Part shown: positions 1-10,358 of the stretch, piece after piece
Layout of the letters: each line of letters opens with the position of its first letter
Numbering within the stretch: position 1 is the first letter of the stretch
From: a virus
Lineage: Duplodnaviria; Caudoviricetes
Length of the DNA: 64,000 bases
IMG/VR virus record: IMGVR_UViG_3300033498_000048
Span: 96,001-160,000 of that record
Strand: one strand, 5' to 3'
The notes under the pieces: model-generated
What the model was told of the DNA's origin: nothing
The model's input: only the letters and a program-made list of their open reading frames with translations
Database searches by the model: none
Translations under genes and position numbers: made by a program

Positions 1-437
1 AAATCGAAATCGGTGTATATTTTACGAGACCAAGCAACCTGAATATTACTCATTACTTCTTGGTGTGGATTATATCCATTATATGGTTTAGTTACCAAGT
101 CCACTAGTTTTTTTATAGATTCTTTAGTAGCTTTTTCATAACTGCGTGGGTTGATTGTGATGTAGGCAGCTAACGTTTCTTGTGGAATAGGATAATGTTT
201 TTGGTAATACGAACCGACCACAACTTCAAGCTGCTTAAGCTTTTCAAATAAAAATTCTTTACTTGATGTGCCACGCTTGAGTTGTTGTTTATCAGATTTT
301 AATGTTTGGTTAGAATCGTATTTGCGTCTACTAAAAAGACAGTAATAGTATGTTTCACCATTATCCAAGTCTGGAAGCCATGTGATAAACTCTTTGAGTG
401 CTATTTCATCCGTAATTACTTTATAATTCGATTTCAC
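1..437 (-). CDS. Conserved phage hypothetical protein (partial, runs off the window start)
   Basis: Hand translation from GTG at 437 gives [39 protein letters not shown]...QLKRG...YITINPRS...[10 protein letters not shown], open to the window edge. It is not in the supplied ORF track. Confidence 0.7.
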   Translation of the reverse strand, partial: MKSNYKVITDEIALKEFITWLPDLDNGETYYYCLFSRRKYDSNQTLKSDKQQLKRGTSSKEFLFEKLKQLEVVVGSYYQKHYPIPQETLAAYITINPRSYEKATKESIKKLVDLVTKPYNGYNPHQEVMSNIQVAWSRKIYTDFD

Positions 438-636
438 GCCAATAATCCGCAAGTACCGTCCATACACCACCTATCCCGTCTGGAATTGATGCTCCACATT
501 CATTTAACAACTGAGGATAACCATCACCATATTTTGAACTAATCAACACTGTAACTGGTATTCCACCCTCTTTTTTAGTTTGTATAATTACATCTTTCGG
601 TGCTGTTTCAATCGGTTTCCAATTATTTACTGACAT
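421..636 (-). CDS. Small phage protein with DUF551-like N-terminus
   Basis: The N-terminal [10 protein letters not shown] motif is typical of DUF551-like phage proteins. Confidence 0.55.
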   Translation of the reverse strand: MSVNNWKPIETAPKDVIIQTKKEGGIPVTVLISSKYGDGYPQLLNECGASIPDGIGGVWTVLADYWREIEL

Positions 637-714
637 TCATGTTCCTCTAAAATTATGTGTTTAGTTATAACTTTCTATTTTTATCGTTGTATGTTATTGT
701 GATTAGTTTCTGGT

Positions 715-837
715 CTAACAATTGTTCAGATGTTTATTTACTCTTTTATATTGTTTTTTCTTATCAACCTCAATAGAACTTCTATTAAAGGTTAAACAAT
801 GTTTTGCAACATAGTTACGAATTGTTTTTCGTTTCAT
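715..837 (-). CDS. Small basic hypothetical protein (40 aa)
   Basis: Hand translation MKRKTIRNYVAKHCLTFNRSSIEVDKKKQYKRVNKHLNNC, with an RBS-like GGGGA upstream. Confidence 0.5.
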   Translation of the reverse strand: MKRKTIRNYVAKHCLTFNRSSIEVDKKKQYKRVNKHLNNC

Positions 838-917
838 ATTATTCCCCAATTTAAGGTGTTGTTGATGTGTAAAAGTGTCAAGAATGTTTTACATCCATTG
901 ACACTAATTTACGATGA

Positions 918-1328
918 TTAAATATACTTAGTAGTAACTACATCGCGATTAAACATGGACGGTATGGACTGTAGCTCGCAATCTAACTCCAAACTTCCAC
1001 AAAAGAAGTGAAATTTTAACCATTCAGGTGTAGTCAATTTTTCAAGACAAACAGCAGCATCTTTTAAGCTCATTCTAACACGCCAAATTGTTTGAACTGG
1101 AAGTGTATTACAAATTGTATTCTCCAATCCAATTGTATCAATTGGAAAATCAATGATTACATCTCCTTGTGTTTTTTCGTGTGCGACTATACCAATTGCA
1201 CCTATCGGAATCACAATATCAGGATTACCAGCATAATTCCAATAAAACGGGTAAAGCACTTTGTTAGTTTTTACAGCTTGACCACGCTCTGATTTAAAAA
1301 CCTTTACTGTATTTGATTTTGATTCCAC
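918..1328 (-). CDS. Hypothetical protein
   Basis: Fits the minus-strand tiling, with an RBS-like AAGGTAGGTG upstream. Confidence 0.6.
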   Translation of the reverse strand: MESKSNTVKVFKSERGQAVKTNKVLYPFYWNYAGNPDIVIPIGAIGIVAHEKTQGDVIIDFPIDTIGLENTICNTLPVQTIWRVRMSLKDAAVCLEKLTTPEWLKFHFFCGSLELDCELQSIPSMFNRDVVTTKYI

Positions 1329-1633
1329 AACACACCTACCTTTTTTAGTATTATTGTAACATATTGCTAGTCATTATTGATTGCAATCCAGGGAACCTTT
1401 TTTTAAACAAAGATGTGTTAAAGCATCTTAGTTATTTGTTATTCTTGATATAAAACAATTCCATTTAGTCTAATGTAACTGTGTCAGCCAATTTATCAGA
1501 TATTTCACCAGTAATACGCAACCAGTCAACATAACCTGAAATGGTATCTGTTTTATACATCTTTCCAGTTCCACTAAAATCTGGATATTCTAACTTGTGT
1601 AGTAAACATAATGTTTCCAAATAGTGTTTAAAT

Positions 1634-1975
1634 CTATTTTAACCTAATGTCAAACATATTTTCATTTAACTCGAATGATTCAGTAACATACTTTTGGTCA
1701 ACATAACCAATACCAGTCAAGCTTATTGAATGTATGTGGACAATTCCAACATCAATTCCACAATCGCTAATAGTATAAGTAACGTACACTCGTTTTGGTA
1801 ATGTTTTTGTGTCTAAATCAAACTGTTTGTATTTCAAATTTTGTGGTATAGCTCCATCAATTTGATTGGTTGTTACTGACAGTACCTTGCTTAGATACCG
1901 ATAAACATCATCACTGGGACGTTGTTCGATTGCCAGTAAAGCTTGTAGATAATACACAAAGAATTTCATTATCAC
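1634..1975 (-). CDS. Hypothetical protein
   Basis: Tiles with its neighbours, with RBS GAGAGG upstream. Confidence 0.6.
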   Translation of the reverse strand: MIMKFFVYYLQALLAIEQRPSDDVYRYLSKVLSVTTNQIDGAIPQNLKYKQFDLDTKTLPKRVYVTYTISDCGIDVGIVHIHSISLTGIGYVDQKYVTESFELNENMFDIRLK

Positions 1976-1980
1976 CTCTC

Positions 1981-2574
1981 TTAATAGGATTTAAACACTA
2001 AATTACTGAATTTAATAAACCCCTCATAAGATTGAAATTCCAACATAAGTTCTATTTTCTTATCTTTTTTAGTCAATGCTGACAAGTCTTTATTTGGAAT
2101 AACATCCTTATATACGATAAATTCATAATAGGTGTCCATAAAAGGTAGGAAGTCTCCTAATGTAATCCAAGAGTGAAACTTACGATTTAGTAAAAATGGT
2201 AAGGTATTTCGTTCCCACCCTTGTTGAATCTCATACAGTAGTTTTTCACATTGTTTAACGTCAAACATAGCTATGTGGCATTTACTTTTTGAAATTCCCA
2301 TGACAGTTGACATCCACTCATATGCCATTGAACGACTTGTTCCATATTGTTTCCAAATTTGGTCAAAGTTTGTATGGCATTTTTTTCTCCAATCACGCAA
2401 TTCTGAGTTGGCTAATGTGCCTAGTGGATTGTTAGTCCCCTTGTGACATCCACAATAGGAGTTACAACGCACACATCTCCAGAATGCTAACTGGAACAAA
2501 TCACTTCTATGTGGGTAAACCTCTTTACCACTAACAAGTTCTGCTGGCTTTCCACAAGTGCATAATACATTCAT
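1981..2574 (-). CDS. DUF3268-like zinc-finger protein
   Basis: CTCG...CVRCNSYCGCH, PLGTLAN..LR..R...H..FD and AYEWM...CHIAMFD match the DUF3268 pattern. Confidence 0.75.
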   Translation of the reverse strand: MNVLCTCGKPAELVSGKEVYPHRSDLFQLAFWRCVRCNSYCGCHKGTNNPLGTLANSELRDWRKKCHTNFDQIWKQYGTSRSMAYEWMSTVMGISKSKCHIAMFDVKQCEKLLYEIQQGWERNTLPFLLNRKFHSWITLGDFLPFMDTYYEFIVYKDVIPNKDLSALTKKDKKIELMLEFQSYEGFIKFSNLVFKSY

Positions 2575-2602
2575 ATTTATTCCAACGTTTAATTAAAGCA
2601 AC

Positions 2603-2631
2603 ATAGTAACTTATAAAAAAACTAAAGTCAA
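2603..2631 (-). promoter_or_regulatory. Sigma70-like early promoter
   Basis: TTGACT-17 bp-TACTAT on the minus strand, upstream of 2574. Confidence 0.6.
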
Positions 2632-3357
2632 CTAGCTTTTATCACAACTTTTTGGAATAGTCCATGAAATCTTTTCTTTATGTTTTAAATTATAACCAGT
2701 GTATTGCATTCCAGTGATTTTATTAATGTCTGCGATTGAAACAAGATACCTATCAATCTCATTACTTACGGTGTCATCGTTTGGAAACACCCAAGCTATA
2801 TTCCGTTTTAATGTATCATTAACAATAATCTTGTAGAATGCTACAGGAACTTCAACTCCATGTGATTCCATAAATTGTGTTGAAATTTTAGTTTTAGTTT
2901 TACCATATATTGCACCACCATATACAGTTAAAACATTTTCGTTTCTCAAACATTCAGTAACCATCTCGGTCTTTAACCAAGCCGTGCGATTTAACTTAAC
3001 TGTTTGTGGTAATATATTAGTCATATAGTTTGATTCTTCCATGGCAAAAAAGGAATCATCAAATTGATTAATTGGAGCTAAATGACCTCTATCATATTTT
3101 GACCCGTATGACCTTGCACTTTTTTGTTGACATCTACTGGGTATAGATTGGTCGATAGCAAAATTATTTACACGAGTTAGGTTTCCAATGTCCTTAGTAG
3201 GTGAATATTGAAATCTAATAGCTCCACGTTTAGAACAATCGAGCCATATTGTAAACCTAGAATATTGTTTTTCAACTATAGTCGAATCATCTGCACCACA
3301 ATTATTGGTTAATAAAATCACAACTGCTGCTAATGCTGCGATATGGCTAATTTTCAT
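2632..3357 (-). CDS. DNA/RNA non-specific endonuclease (NucA/Serratia family) with signal peptide
   Basis: YDRGHLAP active-site motif, SNYMTNILPQ..LNR..W and VEVPVAFYKI, plus a hydrophobic N-terminal signal. Confidence 0.9.
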   Translation of the reverse strand: MKISHIAALAAVVILLTNNCGADDSTIVEKQYSRFTIWLDCSKRGAIRFQYSPTKDIGNLTRVNNFAIDQSIPSRCQQKSARSYGSKYDRGHLAPINQFDDSFFAMEESNYMTNILPQTVKLNRTAWLKTEMVTECLRNENVLTVYGGAIYGKTKTKISTQFMESHGVEVPVAFYKIIVNDTLKRNIAWVFPNDDTVSNEIDRYLVSIADINKITGMQYTGYNLKHKEKISWTIPKSCDKS

Positions 3358-3763
3358 GTTGTATTACCTCTGTTTTTGATTTTGGAACTTCTACAAAATC
3401 AATATATGTTCCAACTTTATCTGATTTTGTTCCATCAAATCTACGGATTGATGTTTTTACTTTTCTATAAACTTGTTCCACTTGTCCACCTAATGTTAAT
3501 ATTGCTGTGTTAATTCCAACACGACTTTTAAATTCTGAAAAGGTCTCTGTTGCAGATATTAGTTCACTTAAAAATCCTTCTAAAAACTCATCACTAATTC
3601 TTGTGATGTATTGTGGAATATCAATGTGTACCTGTTGATATTGTTGGAAAAATTCTTTATTTAACTTTCCCAATTTGCAATACAGAATACCGTTTGACTT
3701 ACCCTTTAAATATGTTGATTTAATATTATATGGGAGCATATTGTGTAATAATATCTGCATCAT
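3347..3763 (-). CDS. Hypothetical protein
   Basis: Overlapping tiling with neighbours; no motif recognised. Confidence 0.55.
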   Translation of the reverse strand: MMQILLHNMLPYNIKSTYLKGKSNGILYCKLGKLNKEFFQQYQQVHIDIPQYITRISDEFLEGFLSELISATETFSEFKSRVGINTAILTLGGQVEQVYRKVKTSIRRFDGTKSDKVGTYIDFVEVPKSKTEVIQHEN

Positions 3764-3768
3764 TTGAA

Positions 3769-4164
3769 TTATTCTCCAATCAAAATGAAAGTGCGTTCAA
3801 TACCATCGCGTGTGAAAAAAACATATAACTCATCAAGATTTGATATGAAAGATGGTTCTTCAATGTACACATATTTAACAAGTTTCCTATCAATTGATTT
3901 ATATGATGTACAAGAAAATGTATTAGCTCTGTCTTTTGAATTAAATTTAGATGGAACTATGATTACTCCAGATTCATCACAGCTCATATCACAATACCAC
4001 GATTTACCAGTTTGCCTACCTGGATTAACACTTACCGTACAGAACTGTTTTGCCCATATTGGTGGAGTAAATAACTCTCGGTTTTTAGCATTTAATGTGC
4101 GATGTTGTAGATTAATTTTCTTCAATATTTCGATTGCGTTTGGAAGGTCATAACTATACATCAT
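3769..4164 (-). CDS. Small P-loop-like phage protein
   Basis: GRQTGKS Walker-A-like motif and a YVYIEEP Walker-B-like strand. Confidence 0.5.
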   Translation of the reverse strand: MMYSYDLPNAIEILKKINLQHRTLNAKNRELFTPPIWAKQFCTVSVNPGRQTGKSWYCDMSCDESGVIIVPSKFNSKDRANTFSCTSYKSIDRKLVKYVYIEEPSFISNLDELYVFFTRDGIERTFILIGE

Positions 4165-5008
4165 TGAAAACCTTTGTTAGTTTGTTCCACATAAATTCTA
4201 CCATATCTGTAATTAAATAATATGATGAATCATCGACACCAAAATCAATATTAGATTTACAATTTGTAATGATAAATTTATCTGAAATGGTGAATTGGTA
4301 ATCTCCAATGGTGGCTGATAGTGTTGTGATATTAAATGTTGATAAAAACTCGGCAATTGGTGGAATTGCTGGGTCATTCGTATTATTAACTTTTAATGTG
4401 ATTGATTCAGTAGACTCATCGTCATTGATTCGCACTAACTTAAATGGAGACATTAATGTAATATCTGATGGTTTACTAATTGGACTTAATACCCAATTAG
4501 TAAACTCATTATTATATGTTAATACATTTTCCAATGGAACAACATCTAATGTTCTAAATATTGAACGTAAATATGATAATACTTCTTCAGCCTTTTTAGA
4601 GGATGAAGTATTGACAGCAACAAACTCATCGGTAATATACACATGGATTAATTCGTCCACTGGTAAAGTTGTTAATAGTACATTGTGATAAACCTCATTA
4701 ACAATTGTATCACGTTCAGCTTTTTTGACTTTACGATTCTCGGTTTCTTGAATCGTTTTTACTTTTTTTGTGGCTTCTTGATTAACTGCCTTTTTATTAA
4801 TCGGCTTGAACTCTGTTTGTATAGCAAATAAAATACCTTTACCTTTTTTAAAAGTAACCATATCATTGGAAATCGGTATAAATCCATACGTTTTTTCCTC
4901 AATTGCACTCAGTTCTTTAAATGGATTTAATTCCAATATAGCCTCAATTTCAATTACCGATAAACCTAATTCTTGATTAAACTGATATAACGATATACTT
5001 TTAAACAT
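4154..5008 (-). CDS. rdgC: Recombination-associated protein RdgC
   Basis: MFKSISLYQF start, F..LSAIEEKTYGF, the ENRKVKKAERDTI region and VAVNTSSSKKAEEVLSYLR match RdgC. Confidence 0.8.
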   Translation of the reverse strand: MFKSISLYQFNQELGLSVIEIEAILELNPFKELSAIEEKTYGFIPISNDMVTFKKGKGILFAIQTEFKPINKKAVNQEATKKVKTIQETENRKVKKAERDTIVNEVYHNVLLTTLPVDELIHVYITDEFVAVNTSSSKKAEEVLSYLRSIFRTLDVVPLENVLTYNNEFTNWVLSPISKPSDITLMSPFKLVRINDDESTESITLKVNNTNDPAIPPIAEFLSTFNITTLSATIGDYQFTISDKFIITNCKSNIDFGVDDSSYYLITDMVEFMWNKLTKVFNDV

Positions 5009-5018
5009 ATTATTTCCT

Positions 5019-5219
5019 CTATTTTAATGATTGTGGAATATCTAAAGATAAATCTCCACACGATGTTGATGGAATATCACCTTCTCCACAAATTGGACAC
5101 ATAAAATTATCCCAGCAGCCGTTCCATGATACATTACAATTGTAGCAAATCATATACCTAGTATGGACTGGTTCAACTGCTGAAAAATTACCAAGATACT
5201 TAATTTTAGTATTTACCAT
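5019..5219 (-). CDS. Small zinc-ribbon protein
   Basis: CYNC...CPIC. Confidence 0.55.
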   Translation of the reverse strand: MVNTKIKYLGNFSAVEPVHTRYMICYNCNVSWNGCWDNFMCPICGEGDIPSTSCGDLSLDIPQSLK

Positions 5220-6304
5220 TTTGAATTATACACGCTACTGATTGAATACGTTTTTAAGTAGTGTCTTCTCCAATATTCAATTAATTCCACTCTTTTACCG
5301 TGATACTTATTCATAATAAGTCCCCGTAATTTATGTTTTTTAACTAAAGCTGCTGCGTGTGATGGACTTAATCCAACCAATTGTGCTGCAACTAAATCAA
5401 TTTCATATTGTAATGCTGATAACTCACGAGCTACCTTAGTTTCAATGTTTTCGATTTGGGTTAAGTCATAGCCTTCGCTAGATAACCTTGATTTTGCATC
5501 GTCAATTGTTTCCATAGCTACCATCAATGCAACATCACGAACTCTTAACTCAGTTTGAATCCTGTGATTGATTCTATACCAACTAAACTTCTGTTTTACC
5601 CTGATTCCACTTTTTAATAGAATCACATAACCTTCTCGATTCTTTTCAGTTTGGAATTGTTCCAAAGCTATGTCGATAGTCATGTCTTGGTGTTTTTGAA
5701 CAATATCGACTCCAAAATCATCACACATTGTTTTTAATTTGTCATAATCCATATAACTTAAGTCGTGTAATGACCTTGCAGCAAGAACTGTAAATTTTGC
5801 TGTTTTACCATAATTCAATACAACTTTCCAATCTGGATGATAATATTCCATAATTAGTGAATATCCCATCTTATAAACTGATAATGCAAGTTTATTGATA
5901 TTATCAGTTACACACGTCATTGCAGATTGTGCTACTTCACTATAAAACGACTTCTTTGTTTTTAAGAAGATTTTACCATTAATCACGGCAACATTGAGCA
6001 TAGAAGCATCAACTTTCTCAAAAAACATTGCTTCTTTAAAATCTAACAAATTCAATTGGGTCCATTGATTTTCTCCAATATTAAAGAACTTTTCAAAGGC
6101 AACTGAAATTATATCACCAGTTTCAGCATCAAATGTGTGACCCCGCAATTCCAGTGCCATCGGTAATGTCCATAAATGACTATCAGAAACCATATAAGTC
6201 AATATGATTACAGCTTTACCGTCCACTGTTTCTGGTTTAAAAACCACCATTTTATTAGATTTAAAATGTTCAAAGTCACGAATGTTTAACTTTTTAATTG
6301 GCAT
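5213..6304 (-). CDS. rnlA: T4 RNA ligase 1 family (Rnl1)
   Basis: ELRGHTFD, AFEKFFNIGE, motif I variant EKVDAS, IMEY, motif IV REGYVI and RVKQK. Confidence 0.85.
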   Translation of the reverse strand: MPIKKLNIRDFEHFKSNKMVVFKPETVDGKAVIILTYMVSDSHLWTLPMALELRGHTFDAETGDIISVAFEKFFNIGENQWTQLNLLDFKEAMFFEKVDASMLNVAVINGKIFLKTKKSFYSEVAQSAMTCVTDNINKLALSVYKMGYSLIMEYYHPDWKVVLNYGKTAKFTVLAARSLHDLSYMDYDKLKTMCDDFGVDIVQKHQDMTIDIALEQFQTEKNREGYVILLKSGIRVKQKFSWYRINHRIQTELRVRDVALMVAMETIDDAKSRLSSEGYDLTQIENIETKVARELSALQYEIDLVAAQLVGLSPSHAAALVKKHKLRGLIMNKYHGKRVELIEYWRRHYLKTYSISSVYNSKW

Positions 6305-6400
6305 ATTTACTTTCCATACAGTAGTATTAATAACAATACGATAGCAAATGCTACAGTCATAGTCAAGCTTTTTAATGATGTGGGTTCTATTTTTAACATA

Positions 6401-7000
6401 TTATTTTCCAGCTAATAATCTAAATTCAGTGAGTAGCTTGTTCCTATATTCTTGGAACTCGTTTTTTAATTCTTGTTCATTCCACGTTTTTGAATTGAGT
6501 CTATCAAAAATATCATTGGCAACACTCCAATCAACAATTTTATGATATTTTGCTAATTGGATTCCAAATAAAATTATTCTTAATGAATGAAACATTGATT
6601 TTATACCAATATCATAATCACCCTGTCTAATTTTTTTAAAACACTTTGCCCATGAATTGGACACAGTTTTAGATATAGATTGTCTTAATAATTGATGATT
6701 TAAATCAAATTTGAATAAATCTGTGGTATTGTACTGTATTGGAGACATAAATTGTTCAATTGCTCCGATATTATGTTCATTTAACAACCTTTGAAATGTT
6801 GTTTTGTGTGTAATGTGTACATTAAACTTATTTAAAGTTAATTCAACTTCAGGAACATTACTATCGCAAATTACTACAAAATCAAAATCAGAAGTTTTGG
6901 TGTGAGTACCATATATTAAACTCCCGAATGAATACATATCATAAACTGGATATAGTTTTTCATTTTCTAATTCTTGTAATAACTCGCGATATAATGTCAT
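6401..7000 (-). CDS. Pol-beta superfamily nucleotidyltransferase
   Basis: FGSLIYGT..KTSDFDFVVI (GS...DxD), followed by a helical C-terminal domain. Confidence 0.8.
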   Translation of the reverse strand: MTLYRELLQELENEKLYPVYDMYSFGSLIYGTHTKTSDFDFVVICDSNVPEVELTLNKFNVHITHKTTFQRLLNEHNIGAIEQFMSPIQYNTTDLFKFDLNHQLLRQSISKTVSNSWAKCFKKIRQGDYDIGIKSMFHSLRIILFGIQLAKYHKIVDWSVANDIFDRLNSKTWNEQELKNEFQEYRNKLLTEFRLLAGK

Positions 7001-7005
7001 TTCTG

Positions 7006-7851
7006 TTATTCCTTATGTGTAATCAAAATTTCTACCCACGCATTTGTAATACAACCACTATAAAATACACAAAATTCGCTATGTTGTTGTTTGATGTGTG
7101 ATAGTGTCCAACCATTTAATGCTTTAATGATATGGTTTCTTGGAATCCAGCTACCAATGCCAACATAATACACATCATTTGAATCTGGAATTACTTGTGT
7201 ATATCCACCAAGATGTTTCACATACAAGTTACCTAGTCTATCAACATAGATGGACTGTTGAGCTTTCATTGGAAGTGTCATATAGTGACTTAACCGAATT
7301 AACTTAAATCTAAGTTTGCGTGTATCGTTTAATTCAAACTCAAGTTTAGTTTGTTTAACAATATTGTCTGGAACTACAACTTGTTTTGTAACAAGTTCAA
7401 TTGTCGGAACAATTGTATCAACATTAATTTTCAAATACTCCTGCCAAAAGTTTAAATCGCTATCCACATATACAATTTTATCGTCCATTCGATATTCAAT
7501 TGGAATAACCTCAGCACCATTAGAGAGTTTAATTGAATCAAATTCATCATCAACTACATATCTAATGCTGATTGGAATATCATCTGTCCCAATACTTTCT
7601 CGAATTGTGTTATCTGCCAACATAAATTGTCCAACCTTATGGTATTTTTCACCATTAGGGTAATATTGGATCACTTCACATTTTGTAATGATTCCCTTAT
7701 CATACTTGAAAACATGGTTTATAGTAATATCAACATAATAATTTGATAGTAACGCTTTACCACATACACTAACATATTCCGATAATGGAATACCATATAA
7801 TCCTTGTGCCAATTTGACTAAATAATCTGGTTTAATAATGGTAGGTTTCAT
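7006..7851 (-). CDS. Hypothetical protein
   Basis: 281-aa ORF tiling on the minus strand. Confidence 0.65.
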   Translation of the reverse strand: MKPTIIKPDYLVKLAQGLYGIPLSEYVSVCGKALLSNYYVDITINHVFKYDKGIITKCEVIQYYPNGEKYHKVGQFMLADNTIRESIGTDDIPISIRYVVDDEFDSIKLSNGAEVIPIEYRMDDKIVYVDSDLNFWQEYLKINVDTIVPTIELVTKQVVVPDNIVKQTKLEFELNDTRKLRFKLIRLSHYMTLPMKAQQSIYVDRLGNLYVKHLGGYTQVIPDSNDVYYVGIGSWIPRNHIIKALNGWTLSHIKQQHSEFCVFYSGCITNAWVEILITHKE

Positions 7852-7862
7852 TTAATTTCCTG

Positions 7863-8051
7863 TTAAGTTAAGATGTTATTTCTGAGTGAATCAAGTTCCA
7901 CTCGTGATATGTAATGGTTCTCACCATTAATATTTAGTTCTGCATATACAACTTTTGTTTTCTTACGGATTAAATCATTAATTGATTGTTTGTGTGATTT
8001 AAATCCGTTTTTAGTCCGTTCAACAATTACTAAGTCTTTATCGTGTTGCAT
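7863..8051 (-). CDS. Hypothetical protein
   Basis: Tiles with its neighbours, with RBS GAGG upstream. Confidence 0.5.
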   Translation of the reverse strand: MQHDKDLVIVERTKNGFKSHKQSINDLIRKKTKVVYAELNINGENHYISRVELDSLRNNILT

Positions 8052-8079
8052 ATTGTAACCTCTAAATAAATGAATATTG

Positions 8080-8775
8080 TTATAAAAATTGTACTATTGC
8101 TTCTTTTATCGAATCATATGTTGGTAAAATGTTATCGTGTATATGGAAAGCACCATCACAACCTTTAATGATGAATCTACCGTTCTTTTCTCTATCTGTC
8201 AAATCTGTTGTCCAATTTAATCCAATATCAAACAACATATTGTGCATATCTTCAGTTTTTTTGTCACGAAGTTGTTTGTGTGAAAAATGACTTCTACAAT
8301 ACATTTGAAGACTGTTTCTTTTCCAATCTTTTGCTCTCCATAGAAAGTTATTGATTACATCTTCTTTTGGAACATTAAATGCTCTCGAATCAAACACTGC
8401 TCCTAGGTCATTTAGGTATATACCGTTAAACTCAACTGACATCGTTGCTGCTGATATTGATACCAACTTTTCAACAATATAATCAAACCAAGCTTCTGTA
8501 TTAATGTTTTCATAATCGGTAAGCAAAAATGTAACCTCATCAGATTGTATATAAGCCACTTTTGCTCCTTGTAACGCATTTAACGTTACCATAGCGGATT
8601 CACTCATTGCGTCCATTATAGCACAATCAAATGGTTTTGTTGCATATCTTTTTGTTAAGGTGTGGAACGCTTTACCATCCAACCTTATAATAACTGGCAT
8701 CTTTTTAACTAAATATTGCCTAGAAACTTGCTCATAACGTTTCATTCTATCACCTAGACTATCTTGTTTTTTCAT
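8080..8775 (-). CDS. thg1: tRNA(His) guanylyltransferase Thg1-like protein
   Basis: IIRLDGKAFH, YIQSDEVT, FDSRAF and FLWR..DW.RNS are Thg1 motifs. Confidence 0.92.
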   Translation of the reverse strand: MKKQDSLGDRMKRYEQVSRQYLVKKMPVIIRLDGKAFHTLTKRYATKPFDCAIMDAMSESAMVTLNALQGAKVAYIQSDEVTFLLTDYENINTEAWFDYIVEKLVSISAATMSVEFNGIYLNDLGAVFDSRAFNVPKEDVINNFLWRAKDWKRNSLQMYCRSHFSHKQLRDKKTEDMHNMLFDIGLNWTTDLTDREKNGRFIIKGCDGAFHIHDNILPTYDSIKEAIVQFL

Positions 8776-9064
8776 AATGTAACTCCCCTACAAATTGCGA
8801 ATCGGTTATTTGTTTTATTTCACATTGTAATGCAATGTTAGTGTTGATGTCAACTAATTTAGATTTTGGGTATTGTAATATCATAACACCATTTAAACAA
8901 CTAAACAAGCTATAGTGATATGTTGTACTATTATACACCACATAATCTTTGTTAGTGTGGTGATAATCTTTAACTTTATTTAATATTATAGAATATAGTA
9001 CAAGTCCCAACAATATGGACGCACAACAAATTGACATATAGCCTAATGTTTGAATTATACGCAT
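8759..9064 (-). CDS. Hypothetical membrane-anchored protein
   Basis: N-terminal hydrophobic helix; overlaps both neighbours. Confidence 0.55.
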   Translation of the reverse strand: MRIIQTLGYMSICCASILLGLVLYSIILNKVKDYHHTNKDYVVYNSTTYHYSLFSCLNGVMILQYPKSKLVDINTNIALQCEIKQITDSQFVGELHYEKTR

Positions 9065-9519
9065 ATCATATCTGAAGTATTAAACTCGATTTGTTCAATT
9101 ATTCCACGATTTGCTAACTCATCTGCTTTAGAATTATTGACATCATCGCTATGACCTTTAACCTTAATCCAATCTATTTTATGGAACTTATTTAATTCAT
9201 CTAATTGTTCCCACAGCTCTTTGTTTGCAACATCTGATTTGGTTGATGTTTTCCAACCTTTGTTTTTCCAACCAGTCATCCATTCAGTCATACCTTTAAC
9301 TAAATATTGTGAATCTGAATATACTTGTACGATACAAGACCCTTTTAACAACTTCAATGCTTGAATTGCAGCTATTAATTCCATTCGCTGATTAGTCGTA
9401 TATTTCTCATAACCCCAAATCTCTTTTCTGTAACCTTTATAGATAAAAAACGCACCCCAGCCACCAATCCCTGGATTACCTTTACACGCTCCATCACAAT
9501 ATATTTTTAAATTTAGCAT
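9055..9519 (-). CDS. rnhA: Ribonuclease HI (bacterial type)
   Basis: YCDGACKGNPGIGGWG, TTNQRMEL, SDSQYL, KVKGHS and NSKADELA. Confidence 0.95.
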   Translation of the reverse strand: MLNLKIYCDGACKGNPGIGGWGAFFIYKGYRKEIWGYEKYTTNQRMELIAAIQALKLLKGSCIVQVYSDSQYLVKGMTEWMTGWKNKGWKTSTKSDVANKELWEQLDELNKFHKIDWIKVKGHSDDVNNSKADELANRGIIEQIEFNTSDMICV

Positions 9520-9522
9520 TAA

Positions 9523-9867
9523 TCACTCCGAATATTTGGGGTTAGTGTACATAATTAACGAGTGTTGTGTAACATCAATTGTTTTTTGCGGGTGGTTAAT
9601 AGGGTTAGTATAATCCCCAACAAATAATTCTGGATTTCTTAGGTCAATTAAATTATCTTTAATCCAATTAAATAGTGCTGTGTAATATTCAACAGTAATA
9701 TTTTTTATCCAATGTTTTTCAAAAAGTCTTTCCAAACGACTACGTTCTACAACTATTTTATCATACAGTCTATCATCATAGATTTTTGGTAACGTATAAT
9801 ACCCTAGTCTGATACACGCAATACTATATAATGCAATATCAGTTCGTTCCACCATATCAAGCTCCAT
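9523..9867 (-). CDS. Hypothetical protein
   Basis: Abuts both neighbours. Confidence 0.55.
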   Translation of the reverse strand: MELDMVERTDIALYSIACIRLGYYTLPKIYDDRLYDKIVVERSRLERLFEKHWIKNITVEYYTALFNWIKDNLIDLRNPELFVGDYTNPINHPQKTIDVTQHSLIMYTNPKYSE

Positions 9868-10302
9868 TCACATCTCCTCATATATTACCGAATTATTTTT
9901 TGTTGTTACCTTCAATTCAATTGTTTCGTTGGAATACCAACCAGCTTCATCTTCATCCCTATCAAATACGGTCTTAACTATTATAGCTCGATGTTTAGTT
10001 ACATAATGGTTGTCTGATATAGTCACACCTACTCTAAGATTTCTTAACTTTAATGTGTAGTTTTTATTGCTTTGTGTTGTGCCATAAAAAACATTTTGAA
10101 TGAAATAACTAAGTAAATTTGCAATATACCCAACATCATTGTTAAGTCGCCGTTCGGAAATCCTTTCTAAAAAGTGTTTTGAAATGTATAAATCCATAAC
10201 ATCTTTTAAATGTCCACACCTAACTAAATTACCTTTATATTCACCAAAATACATCTTAGCCTTCTTAGTATCAGAAGCTAAATTGAGTCTTAACTTGTCC
10301 AT
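9868..10302 (-). CDS. Hypothetical protein with HFxER motif
   Basis: ISKHFLERISER; compare the motif in 43634..44059. Confidence 0.6.
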   Translation of the reverse strand: MDKLRLNLASDTKKAKMYFGEYKGNLVRCGHLKDVMDLYISKHFLERISERRLNNDVGYIANLLSYFIQNVFYGTTQSNKNYTLKLRNLRVGVTISDNHYVTKHRAIIVKTVFDRDEDEAGWYSNETIELKVTTKNNSVIYEEM

Positions 10303-10358
10303 ATAAACTCCATAGGTTAATGGAGTTCAGATTTGTATAGTCTAAACTCCATAATTTG